The notes beneath the pieces were generated by a model that saw only the letters and a list, made by a program, of their open reading frames with translations, had not been told where the DNA came from and did not search any database. Positions 29,637 through 38,447 of a stretch of 64,000 nt of DNA are shown piece by piece (positions within the stretch are counted from its first letter, which is position 1; each line of letters begins with the position of its first letter). A program made the translations under genes and the position numbers. The DNA comes from Myxococcales bacterium (GTDB lineage: Bacteria; Myxococcota_A; Polyangia; Palsa-1104; JAEUJZ01), in NCBI GenBank assembly GCA_016794365.1, contig JAEUKB010000053.1:2599-66598 (forward strand), given 5' to 3'.

Positions 29637-30676
29637 CGGAGCGCCTCGCTCTCGTAACCCATCTTGCGCAGGCCCGCAGGAGTCTGCGACCAGTCTTCAT
29701 CGACGCGCACAAACAGCGCCAAGTGAACGCCACAGCCGAGCAGCTCTGCGATCTGTTGACGCGCCAAGCTACCGACCGAACGAATCATTTGACCGCGCTC
29801 ACCCACCAGGATCTTTTTCTGGCCTGGCTTTTCCACATGGATGGTCGCGTCAATCTGAACGCCGATGCGCTCGCCGCGACGCTTGCCGTGGTCCGCGATC
29901 CGCTCTTGCCACTGATCAATCGTCACAGCGACCGCGTACGGGATCTCTTTCTGGGTCGCCAGAAACACCTGCTCGCGAATCAGCTCGCTCACCAAGAAGC
30001 GCTCGGGACGATCGGTGATGACATCCTCTGGAAACAGCGCGTCGCCCTTGGGAAGCACTGCGGACAGCTCGGTCAGCACGCGCTCCACGCCGTCACCGCG
30101 AAGCGCACTGGTGGGAACAATCGGGGCTCCCGGCAGCTTCTTCGCCAGCGCGTCGATCATCGGGAGCAGCATCCGCTTGTCGGGCACGATGTCGGTCTTG
30201 TTAATGACCACGATGAGCGGCTTGCCCAGCCCAAGCAGCTGCGTCGCGATCTGCTCATCGGAAGGAGCCAGCGAAGGCAGCACTTCCTCGGTGGACTTGC
30301 CTTCGGGAACACGCATCTGAACCACGAGCAGCACAGCATCGACGCCATCGACGGCTTGCTGCGCCTCTTCGACCATGAAGCGGTTGAGTGCGGTGCGACC
30401 TTTGCCCGTGGTTAGGTGTAGGCCCGGCGTATCAACCAGCGCCAGCTGAACGCCCGGCAGGTTCTTGATGCCCAGGATGCGATTGCGAGTGGTCTGCGGC
30501 TTGGGACTTACGATGGAGAGGTGCTCGCCCAAGATGCTGTTCAGCAGCGTCGATTTCCCGACGTTGGGGCGACCCACCAGGGCAACAAAGCCAGAGCGCT
30601 CTATCGATGTGCTCTCGCTTGGCTGCGCCAGTTTCTGTTCTGTATTCGACGGAGATTGCATGAAGGGCGCTTGCAT
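29633..30676 (-). CDS. era: GTPase Era
   Basis: GFVALVGRPNVGKSTLLNSILGEHLSIVSPKPQTTRNRILGI, DTPG, INKTD and a C-terminal KH domain (VEKPGQKKILVGERGQMIRSVG). Confidence 0.92.
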   Translation of the reverse strand: MQAPFMQSPSNTEQKLAQPSESTSIERSGFVALVGRPNVGKSTLLNSILGEHLSIVSPKPQTTRNRILGIKNLPGVQLALVDTPGLHLTTGKGRTALNRFMVEEAQQAVDGVDAVLLVVQMRVPEGKSTEEVLPSLAPSDEQIATQLLGLGKPLIVVINKTDIVPDKRMLLPMIDALAKKLPGAPIVPTSALRGDGVERVLTELSAVLPKGDALFPEDVITDRPERFLVSELIREQVFLATQKEIPYAVAVTIDQWQERIADHGKRRGERIGVQIDATIHVEKPGQKKILVGERGQMIRSVGSLARQQIAELLGCGVHLALFVRVDEDWSQTPAGLRKMGYESEALR

Positions 30677-30761
30677 AGCACGTCGTCACCTGCAAGCGCA
30701 AACGCCACGATCGGGACATGCTCAGACGAGCCCAGCACGACCTGACGAGTCGATGGCGACG

Positions 30762-31634
30762 CTACAGCCCCGCGCCCGGACGCGGCATCGGCTGTCCATA
30801 GCCCGGCGGTGGCGGGGCAGGAGGCGGTGGTGCGTAGGGTGCGCCAGCGGGATTGTAGGCCGGTGCCCGCGTGGGCGGACCCGAAGGCGGCGTGTTCACC
30901 ACGGGCGCAGGGTGGCCATACACCGGCTGCGGTGGTGGCGGGGCATAGCCTACAGGTGGTGGCTGACCGTAGGCTGGCTGCGGCGCTGGTGCAACATAGC
31001 CGGGAGGTGGCGGCGGATAGCCCCGACGGTACGCCCGCTGGTCTTCACGCAGCTCGCGCTGATCTTCGCGCAGCTCGCGACGCGAGCGACGCACTTCCTG
31101 CTCCGCCAGACGGATAAAGCGCTGCATCGCCTGCCTTGCATTCATCAGCGAAGGCGTGTTCGGTCCCCACTGATAGGTCGCAGCAACCGCGCGCTCCAGC
31201 TCGTTGAGCGCTGCAATCTCCTGACGCAGCTCTTGTCGCTCTTCACGCGCATCCCGGCGATCATCGCGGGCATCGCGGGCATCCTTCCAGGTTCGATCCC
31301 GGCGCGCTTCCCAGTTCGAGCGCTGCGCTTCGTTGTGCGCTTGCATCGTCTCGCGCTGCTGCTCTGCCACTTCGGCGCGACCTTGCGACACGAAGCTGTT
31401 AAGCGCGGCGTTGACTCCACCTGCATCGCGACGCTGCCAAGCCATGTCAAACGCAGCGAGCGTCGCCCGAAAGTTCTGAAGATCCCGGATGTCGTCCTGA
31501 AGCTGATGTGCGCTGCGTGCGACATCTGCGCGATCAGCATTGCGTTCCATTCGACGCATCGGCTGCGCCTGCGCGTTCCCCACTGCACAAACAAGCAGCA
31601 GTACACCACCAAGAATCGATCGACAGCGGTCCAT
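30762..31634 (-). CDS. Secreted charged coiled-coil protein with a Pro/Tyr/Gly-rich C-terminus
   Basis: RBS GGAGG before the ATG at 31634. Signal peptide MDRCRSILGGVLLLVCAVGNAQA, an Arg/Asp/Glu-rich helical middle, and a C-terminal PPPPGYVAPAPQPAYGQPPPVGYAPPPP region. The antisense 427-aa ORF is rejected. Confidence 0.75.
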   Translation of the reverse strand: MDRCRSILGGVLLLVCAVGNAQAQPMRRMERNADRADVARSAHQLQDDIRDLQNFRATLAAFDMAWQRRDAGGVNAALNSFVSQGRAEVAEQQRETMQAHNEAQRSNWEARRDRTWKDARDARDDRRDAREERQELRQEIAALNELERAVAATYQWGPNTPSLMNARQAMQRFIRLAEQEVRRSRRELREDQRELREDQRAYRRGYPPPPPGYVAPAPQPAYGQPPPVGYAPPPPQPVYGHPAPVVNTPPSGPPTRAPAYNPAGAPYAPPPPAPPPPGYGQPMPRPGAGL

Positions 31635-31815
31635 GAGATCCTCCAAGCTGATTCTGTGTCCTATTGTCTCGTTCAGACGCACGCGCCGCCACTTCATTCG
31701 AAGGCTGCACACCACAAAGCGCCAAGTCACCCAAAAACATCGGCGTGATGCGCACTTGCGTGCAGCCGACTGCCTGCTGCGATCCGCGCACTTCCGATCA
31801 TGCTACCCAGCGACC

Positions 31816-32685
31816 CTACTTGAGCAGCGGGGGAAGCTCTTTGCGGAGCTGCTCGAAGATCTCTTTGTCATGGCTGCGCAGGCTGCGCGCGCGGGTCACG
31901 CTATCGAACAAGATCTGATGACCACGCGAAAACGCCAGCACGGCCTTTTTGAACGATAGAAGCGACTCGTAGCTTGTGCGCAGATCGTGTTCAAAGTGGA
32001 GCAGCGCCACAAGCTGGGCCTGTCTCTGCTGACGCAGCACCGGGTCTACGATCTTTTGACTGCGCTCGACCTCTGCCAAGCTGCGGCGGCGAAAGGACAG
32101 GCTACTTTGCGACATCTGCCGGGCCGACTCCGAAAGCAGGGTCGTACGACTCAGCACTCCTTCACACAGCGCCATCACCAGCGGATGCGACTGCTTGATG
32201 ATCTGCTCTAGCTTGTAGCGTCGCCACTCTTCACTGATGGTTGCGAGCAGGCTGGCGGCCCCTTGCTGGGTCGATAGCGATGCGGCATCCACAGGCATCG
32301 CCCCCCAAGCAGAGACCCTTTGGATGTTAAACACCAAGATCCGCGCCGGATCGGCACCACGCACATCGTTATAGTCCGCCAGGTTCCGCAGCGCGGTTGC
32401 GTACTCGGTCAGGGCTTTGGCATAGGAATCGACCTCTTCGATCGCTTGCAGCGTCGGCTCAAGCTGACAGGTCGGCGGATTGTGAACCCCTGCCAAGATG
32501 TTTTCTGCTTCGCAGTACAGCGCAAGATCCTTGGCCGCCATCACACGCGCGCCAATCCACGTTCCGACCGCACCAGTGGCAGACACACTACGCAGAGACA
32601 GACAGCCGCTGAGCAGAGGCAGGGCAACCAGCACGATCCACAGACCGGCGGTTCGGTATCGCCCAAAGCTGTTGCCCATCGTCAT
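31816..32685 (-). CDS. Lipoprotein, unknown function
   Basis: MTMGNSFGRYRTAGLWIVLVALPLLSGC lipobox with a helical body. Start at ATG 32685 or 32679. Confidence 0.7.
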   Translation of the reverse strand: MTMGNSFGRYRTAGLWIVLVALPLLSGCLSLRSVSATGAVGTWIGARVMAAKDLALYCEAENILAGVHNPPTCQLEPTLQAIEEVDSYAKALTEYATALRNLADYNDVRGADPARILVFNIQRVSAWGAMPVDAASLSTQQGAASLLATISEEWRRYKLEQIIKQSHPLVMALCEGVLSRTTLLSESARQMSQSSLSFRRRSLAEVERSQKIVDPVLRQQRQAQLVALLHFEHDLRTSYESLLSFKKAVLAFSRGHQILFDSVTRARSLRSHDKEIFEQLRKELPPLLK

Positions 32686-32693
32686 AGCCTGCG

Positions 32694-33245
32694 ATGCTAG
32701 CATGCGCCGTCATGTCCGCAGATCCCAAAGACGGCTCGCTCCCTTCTCTTACTCTCAGTCACTTGGACGCAAACGGTCATGCCCACATGGTGTCTGTGAC
32801 CCACAAGCCAGAGACACTCCGTACGGCGCGCGCCAGCGGTCGCGTGATCATGCTGCGCAGCACGCTCGATCGCATCCTCTCCGCTGACATTCCCAAAGGA
32901 GACGTGCTGCAAGTCGCACGCCTTGCAGGAATCCAAGCGGTGAAGCGGACTGCGGATCTGATTCCGCTGTGTCATCCGCTGCGCATTACCTCTGTTCAGC
33001 TTGCGCTATCCCCAAGTCCGCTGGCGGATTCCGAACCGTATAGCAGCGTCGTGATCGAAGCCACTGTCAGTGCGATGGACAGAACCGGCGTCGAGATGGA
33101 AGCGCTCACCGCAGTCTCTGTCTGTGCACTGACGCTCTATGACATGTGCAAGGCCATCGATCGCGGAATGCGCATCACTGACATCGAGCTAGACGAAAAG
33201 AGCGGCGGTCGCAGCGGTCACTATACCAAGCAACAGACTCCGTAA
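32694..33245 (+). CDS. moaC: Cyclic pyranopterin monophosphate synthase accessory protein MoaC
   Basis: LSHLDANGHAHMVSVTHKPETLRTARASG, IPKGDVLQVARLAGIQAVKRTADLIPLCHPL, and MEALTAVSVCALTLYDMCKA. The start may be the ATG at 32712. Confidence 0.9.
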   Translation: MLACAVMSADPKDGSLPSLTLSHLDANGHAHMVSVTHKPETLRTARASGRVIMLRSTLDRILSADIPKGDVLQVARLAGIQAVKRTADLIPLCHPLRITSVQLALSPSPLADSEPYSSVVIEATVSAMDRTGVEMEALTAVSVCALTLYDMCKAIDRGMRITDIELDEKSGGRSGHYTKQQTP

Positions 33246-33322
33246 CAGAGCGCGCCGAAAGACCGCGCTGTCCTGCGCTGCGCTCGCACCTCGCAAGACC
33301 CCACGCCAGGCGTTGTGTTAAC

Positions 33323-34927
33323 GTGAAGCGCATGAGCACTCACGGTTCTTCTTCGACGACCAGCACTCCTTCGCAGCCCGCCGCAGCCCGCGCAGCGCTC
33401 GCAAGCTGGCAGCAGTCCAAGCGCCAGAACTTTTACGACATCGATACCGATCTACACGCAGTCCTGTCCTACTACTTGGGGGCCGACAGACTGCGCGAAG
33501 AGAGCCCCGGTCTGTCTGCCTTTGGTGCAGAGTCCGCGACGATCTTGGATGACCTGATCCGCGAAAACAATCGCGATGAACACCTGCCCGTGCTGCGTCG
33601 TTATGACTCGATCGGACGACGCATTGATGAGGTCATCTTTCATCCGAGCTACCTAGAGATCGGGCGTCGTGCCTATCGCACCGGGGCGATGTCTCGCTAC
33701 GCCCAGCCCGGACAGGAGCGGATTCAGCTCGCGTACTCCTATCTGCTGGCTCACCACGGGGAAGGAGGACATCTGTGTCCGTTTGCCTGTACCGCAGGAC
33801 TTATCAAGATCTTGCAAGCACGCGGAGACGAAGCGCTCAAGGCCCGACTGCTTCCGGGTCTGCTTCATACAGATCGCTCCGATCCCGCGCACTATCACGG
33901 TGCTCAGTTTCTGACAGAGCTGCAAGGCGGCTCCGATGTGGGACAAAATGCTGTGCGCGCACGTCGCGATGGCGATGCCTGGCGGATCTCTGGGGAAAAG
34001 TGGTTCTGTTCTGTGATCGATGCCGACCTGTACCTGATGACAGCCAGACCGGAAGGAGCCCCGAGCGGAACCGCAGGGCTCGGAGCCTTTGTGGTGCCGC
34101 GACTTTTGCCTGATGGCACCCCCAATGCGGTGTACATCCGACGCCTCAAGTACAAGCTGGGAACGCGCAGCATGGCCAGCGCAGAGGCCGACTTTGACAA
34201 CGCCCTGGCGTGGGCAGTGGGAGATCCCGCTCAAGGCTTCAAGTCGGTCGTAGAGATTGTCCTAAACACCAGCCGGGTCTACAACGCGATTGCTGCCTGC
34301 GGAATGATGCGCCGGGCCGAGATCGAAGCCACATCCTATGCCGCACATCGCGAAGCATTCGGGCAGACGATTGACTCCTTTCCGCTGGTCCGGCGCACGC
34401 TGTCCCAGATCACCGCCGAGCGCCGAAGTGCGGTCGCAGGAACCTTTGGACTGATTGCGCTTTCTGATCAGCTTGCGCTTGGCCAAGCCGATGACACGGT
34501 GCGCGCGGTCTTTCGCTTGGTCGTCAACATGAACAAGTACTACACCTCGATTCGCTGCACCGATGTGATCCGGCAGGCCATCGAGGTCTTGGGTGGCAAC
34601 GGCGCGATCGAGGACTTTTCCGTGCTGCCCAGGCTGCTGCGCGACAGCATTGTGATCGAAGCGTGGGAAGGCACGCACAACGTCTTGTGTGCCCAGATTC
34701 TGCGCGACCTCCAGAAGCTCAGTCTGCATCGCGCTTTCTTTGCCTTTGTCAGCGCGCGCGCGAAAAGCCAGCTGGTGCGGGACTGGACGGCCCGCTGCGA
34801 GCAGCAAGTCCACAGCCTGTTACAGAGCAGCGCGGACGAGGCAGCGCTGCACATTCGCGCGGTGGTCGATGCCCTGTTGCCGCTGTGGCAGCGCGTCTGT
34901 GTCGAGGAAGCGCTGGGCACTACGTAA
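33323..34927 (+). CDS. Acyl-CoA dehydrogenase family protein (AidB-like)
   Basis: Length and blocks match AidB-type ACADs: NFYDIDTDLHAVLSYYLG, FLTELQGGSDVG, KWFCS, and LGGNGAIEDFSVLPRLLRDSIVIEAWEGTHNVL. Confidence 0.8.
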   Translation: MKRMSTHGSSSTTSTPSQPAAARAALASWQQSKRQNFYDIDTDLHAVLSYYLGADRLREESPGLSAFGAESATILDDLIRENNRDEHLPVLRRYDSIGRRIDEVIFHPSYLEIGRRAYRTGAMSRYAQPGQERIQLAYSYLLAHHGEGGHLCPFACTAGLIKILQARGDEALKARLLPGLLHTDRSDPAHYHGAQFLTELQGGSDVGQNAVRARRDGDAWRISGEKWFCSVIDADLYLMTARPEGAPSGTAGLGAFVVPRLLPDGTPNAVYIRRLKYKLGTRSMASAEADFDNALAWAVGDPAQGFKSVVEIVLNTSRVYNAIAACGMMRRAEIEATSYAAHREAFGQTIDSFPLVRRTLSQITAERRSAVAGTFGLIALSDQLALGQADDTVRAVFRLVVNMNKYYTSIRCTDVIRQAIEVLGGNGAIEDFSVLPRLLRDSIVIEAWEGTHNVLCAQILRDLQKLSLHRAFFAFVSARAKSQLVRDWTARCEQQVHSLLQSSADEAALHIRAVVDALLPLWQRVCVEEALGTT

Positions 34928-34952
34928 GGTCGTGCGCCCGCGCCGTCCCGCC

Positions 34953-35540
34953 CTACTTCTTGTCCGGTGCGGTCATCCGCAGCGCTTCAATCGCCGGAAT
35001 CGCACCGCCGCAGCTCTGCTCGTGACAAGCGCGGCAGCCATCGAGCACGCGACCATAGGCCTTGGCCGCATCGACTGGAGGGGCAGCATCCAGGGCCGCC
35101 ACGGCTTGCAGATAGCTCTGGGCCGACGCATCAAAGGCAGCGTTGCGATCCGACTGGTTCGTCGGCCAGACGCAGCGAATCTTGCGAAAGCGCGGCCACA
35201 GCGGAGCCACCTTCTCGCCTCGCTCGATCGCGGCGCGCGCCAGCTTTAGCTCCGACTGCATCGTGCGCATGTGCTCGGCCAGCTCGCTGTTTCCGTTTGG
35301 ATTGATCGCGGACGGGATCAGGTGCCCCGGACTCCCTGGAATGCCCGGCACAAGCTGGGTGTCCAGCGTACACGGAGCCTCTGCCGCCAGCGCTGCTGAT
35401 GAAGCCACTTGGCTGGGCTGCGGGGCCGATGCCACTTTGGGCTGCGCGGGACTTGCGGACGTAGCAGGCGGAGCGCTCCGCTCTGGGCAGCCGGTCAGCA
35501 TCCAGCACAGTCCGAGGCCAATAAGGAGATGTCTGTTCAC
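34953..35540 (-). CDS. Lipoprotein with C-terminal CxxCH: class II (cytochrome c'-like) haem protein
   Basis: Lipobox MLTGC, a helical body, and a single haem motif CRACHE about 25 residues from the C-terminus, as in four-helix-bundle class II cytochromes c. Confidence 0.65.
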   Translation of the reverse strand: MNRHLLIGLGLCWMLTGCPERSAPPATSASPAQPKVASAPQPSQVASSAALAAEAPCTLDTQLVPGIPGSPGHLIPSAINPNGNSELAEHMRTMQSELKLARAAIERGEKVAPLWPRFRKIRCVWPTNQSDRNAAFDASAQSYLQAVAALDAAPPVDAAKAYGRVLDGCRACHEQSCGGAIPAIEALRMTAPDKK

Positions 35541-35644
35541 GGGCTGAACCTACCACAAAGTCCTCACCACCCAGCCCCGAAGAGCCCCCGACCGCCGCTG
35601 CCGCCCAAAGACCTCTCACTAGACAGAGGAACGATCTCTTTGCT

Positions 35645-35768
35645 GGAACACTGGACCAGACCGTCATGAGGAACCCTGGATGCAAAGAGGCGGCCCGCAG
35701 CGTACGCAAGTACGTGAGGACCGCCGCTGCCGCAGACAGGGTCCGCAGTAGGTCCGGTCCTGTGTTCC
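35645..35768. repeat. Copy 1 of a ~124-nt structured intergenic element (conserved core inside a variable long stem)
   Basis: Outer arms ggaacactggaccagacc / ggtccggtcctgtgttcc. Core gtcatgaggaaccctg...cgtacGCAAgtacgtgaggacc...cagggtccgcagta. The 3' arm ends on the first base of the multicopper oxidase stop codon (minus strand). Confidence 0.85.
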
Positions 35769-37675
35769 TACTTGCCGCAGAGCATCGGATCGGGCGCGGG
35801 CGGCAGTGGATAGGCAGCCGTCGCAGCTTTGGCAAACTGGCAGCGCTTGTCGGTCGGCTTGCAGTCTGCCGAGCTGATGCACTTTCCGCCCGCATCCGTA
35901 CCCTGGCACAAGCAGCTCTGATCCCCAGGCGCGCAGATCTCCAGCAGCTCCATCATGCCTTCGTCTTCGTGGTTGAGCTTGTGGCAGTGCATCACAAACT
36001 GTCCTGTGAACTTGCTGTAATGCATCAGCAGCTCGCGCCCGCCATCTTCCGCTTGGACCCAGTAGGTGTCGCGCCAGTGCGCGAAGTTTGGCTCTTTGTT
36101 GGACCCGGTGGGACAGACCAGGAAGGGGTTGATGTGAACGTGAAAGGGGTGTCCGTCAAAGGCGCGGACTTCCCACTTTTCCGACGTTCCCACCGTCATC
36201 ACGCGATCGCTGCGATAGCCCCAGGCGCGGCGCTCATCAAAGCGGCGGCAGCTGATGTTGGGACTGGGACAGACGCAGGTCGGAAGGGAGGGATCGACCT
36301 CGTGCTGATGGTGATAGGCCGCCGGATCACACGATGCAAGCGACGGAGTGCTACCAATCGGCGGCGATCCTTCTGGGGTCGGAACCAGCAGCACTGCCTT
36401 TTGCTGCACGGTCTTTACGGTGTCGCAGGCCACTTCCATCTGCTTGCCTTCCACGGTTCCCATCCAGCGGGTGGGCTTGGCATGTGCGGTGACTGCGCTC
36501 TCTTCGGGAAGGTTGACCTCGGTCGGACTGCCCGCTGCTGGATCGACATCAATCACCGCCAGGACAGAGCCGGTCAGGTCGCGAACCCGCCGTCCGACGA
36601 GACACAGGGTCTGCTTTTCCTGCGGCATCTTGACCATCGCATCGACGCGATAACCGGAAGACACCCAGATCGTGCTGTTGCGATAAAACTGCGGCAGGGT
36701 CAGACCATCGCGCGCGATCTGGGTCAGCTCCATCGGCGAAAGGATGTCCCACGAGCCACAGTGATCATCGAGCGAGCGGTGCAGCTTGAGCCCCATCTCA
36801 TCCGGTGTGCCGCCGTAGATCATGCGCCAGCGCTCGACCTGTCCGGGGGGCGTGACGATGCGAGGCCGCAGCTTGCCGTTTATCAAGGTCGGACTGTCCT
36901 GCGTCACGGTCAGGAAGCTGTTTACAGACAGCGTATCTTCGCGACAGGACTCACCCGGCGGCAGCGGCACCGTCTGCTCGGAGTCAATCGGCACCTGATG
37001 CATCACCATCACACGCTCTTTGGACTGCGCAATGCCAGGCAGACGATCGACCGGACCCTCGATGATGAGCGCGCCGAGGGCTCCGTTGATGACCTGGATG
37101 GACGTGCTGCCGTGGATGTGGGGGTGATACCAGTTGGTGCCTGGCTCGTGGACTCCGTCTTCATCCAGATCCCAGCGATACTGCGCCTTGCCGCGCGCGG
37201 GCACCTCGATGAGGACATTGTCGCCGTAGTAGCGCGAGCCCGGCGCACAGCCATCCCCATAACAGGGCAGCTCACCGGCTGCTGTGGCGAAGTTTGGCTG
37301 TACGTGTGCGCCGTGTGCGTGCAGGTTGGTGGCGTTGAAGTCGTGACACGATCGGGTCGCGTAGCCTTCCATTCCAGCAATCTCGCGGTAGTCGGATCGC
37401 TGTAGGTCGTTGTGTAAGGTGACGCGGACCTTGCGATCTGTGCCTTCGGGAATGCGCAAGGTAGGACCGGGTATGTGCCGGTTGTAACCACGCAAGCAGA
37501 AGCGCTTGTCTCCGATCTGAACCTCGGTGGGAGCCAGGTGCAGCTCGTACACACCCTGCGCATTCGGAGCCAGGCTCGGTGGCTCCTCATACGGGACAGT
37601 TGCAGTCTCACTGCTACAGGCAAGTGACAGTACAGACAGCAGACCCAGCATCCAAACAGACCGATCGATGGTCAT
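35768..37675 (-). CDS. Multicopper oxidase (three-domain laccase-like), lipoprotein
   Basis: RBS GGGGGAGG before the ATG at 37675. Signal LLSVLSLACSS. Copper sites HAHGAHV, WYHPHIHGST, HPFHVHINPF and HCHKLNHEDEGMM. The 579-aa antisense ORF is rejected. Confidence 0.9.
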   Translation of the reverse strand: MTIDRSVWMLGLLSVLSLACSSETATVPYEEPPSLAPNAQGVYELHLAPTEVQIGDKRFCLRGYNRHIPGPTLRIPEGTDRKVRVTLHNDLQRSDYREIAGMEGYATRSCHDFNATNLHAHGAHVQPNFATAAGELPCYGDGCAPGSRYYGDNVLIEVPARGKAQYRWDLDEDGVHEPGTNWYHPHIHGSTSIQVINGALGALIIEGPVDRLPGIAQSKERVMVMHQVPIDSEQTVPLPPGESCREDTLSVNSFLTVTQDSPTLINGKLRPRIVTPPGQVERWRMIYGGTPDEMGLKLHRSLDDHCGSWDILSPMELTQIARDGLTLPQFYRNSTIWVSSGYRVDAMVKMPQEKQTLCLVGRRVRDLTGSVLAVIDVDPAAGSPTEVNLPEESAVTAHAKPTRWMGTVEGKQMEVACDTVKTVQQKAVLLVPTPEGSPPIGSTPSLASCDPAAYHHQHEVDPSLPTCVCPSPNISCRRFDERRAWGYRSDRVMTVGTSEKWEVRAFDGHPFHVHINPFLVCPTGSNKEPNFAHWRDTYWVQAEDGGRELLMHYSKFTGQFVMHCHKLNHEDEGMMELLEICAPGDQSCLCQGTDAGGKCISSADCKPTDKRCQFAKAATAAYPLPPAPDPMLCGK

Positions 37676-37811
37676 GGTGACCTCCCCCAAGCAGCACGTC
37701 GATGGGAACAGAACTGGAGGATAACCGGCAGACTCACTCACCCAACATGGCCAATTGTGATCACTTGGTGGTCAGATCTTGAGCTGTGACAGGTGCGTTG
37801 GCAGGGCTTTT

Positions 37812-37937
37812 AGAACACCTCACAAAACCGTCATGAGGAACCCTGGAAGCAAAGAGGAGGACCGGAGCGTACGCACAAGTACGTGAGGACCGACGATGCC
37901 GCAGCCAGGGTCCGCAATAGGCTTTGTGAGGTGTTCT
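37812..37937. repeat. Copy 2 of the ~124-nt structured intergenic element
   Basis: Outer arms agaacacctcacaaaacc / ggctttgtgaggtgttct, with the same core as copy 1 but a gcacaa loop in the central hairpin. The 3' arm ends on the first base of the stop codon of gene 37937..38362 (minus strand). Confidence 0.85.
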
Positions 37938-38362
37938 TAGAGCGTGCTGGATTTCGCTAGCCGCCTGCGCTGCTCTGCGATCCACGCGCGCGCTTCTGAC
38001 TCCGTAGCCGTAAACACCGTTGGCGTGTGATCGCCCCGGAACAGCCGGATCGCTGCGATGGCCAAGCTCGATACGGCCCGCGCCGCCACACTGCCACCAA
38101 ACAGGGCAATGCCCGAGATCCGGTTCCGCTTGGACCACTCAGCGATGTGGCGACGGGCTTCGGGCGCTGTCTTTTCTGCTTGGGTCAGATCGAGCAGAAA
38201 GAACAGCCGACCGTGCGCGGCCAAGACCTCGGCCATCACCACCGTCACTTGCAAGACCTCTGCTTGGACGTGATCGCCGATCTGGGTCAGCACAACGATG
38301 TCGTCTTCGACCGTCAGCTTGTGGCGACCAATCATCATGGGAAACCTGGGGGACTCGCTCAT
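37937..38362 (-). CDS. Hypothetical protein, STAS/SpoIIAA-like fold suspected
   Basis: 141 aa. The pattern VEDDIVVLTQIGDHVQAEVLQVTVVMAEVLAAHGRLFFLLDL...GIALFGGSVAARA resembles small STAS-like domain proteins; this is an unverified recollection. Confidence 0.6.
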   Translation of the reverse strand: MSESPRFPMMIGRHKLTVEDDIVVLTQIGDHVQAEVLQVTVVMAEVLAAHGRLFFLLDLTQAEKTAPEARRHIAEWSKRNRISGIALFGGSVAARAVSSLAIAAIRLFRGDHTPTVFTATESEARAWIAEQRRRLAKSSTL

Positions 38363-38447
38363 GGTCAGACGCCATCTGCTGGCTCCGGTGATCGTATCGG
38401 GACACGCCTGCTTTGTATAGGTGAGCGACGGAGCAGGAGTACAGCAG

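Noticed and set aside
35645-35768. The ~124-nt elements as retron msr/msd, a MITE, or a short peptide gene
   Set aside because: No reverse transcriptase or transposase is anywhere in the window. The terminal arms differ in sequence between copies, whereas MITE TIRs would be conserved. Indels of 1-3 nt between copies break every reading frame. A MITE that targets pre-existing hairpins cannot be fully excluded.
35666-37405. 579-aa ORF on the plus strand, one of many long antisense or out-of-frame ORFs (also 4537..6489, 11417..12442, 25466..26551, 30465..31748, 41040..41924, 61861..62841)
   Set aside because: Each lies opposite or out of frame to a gene with clear family motifs (multicopper oxidase, antiporter, histidine kinase, etc.). 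Their products are Arg/His/Pro/Ala-rich low-complexity strings with no motifs. This is the usual stop-codon-poor artefact of high-G+C DNA.
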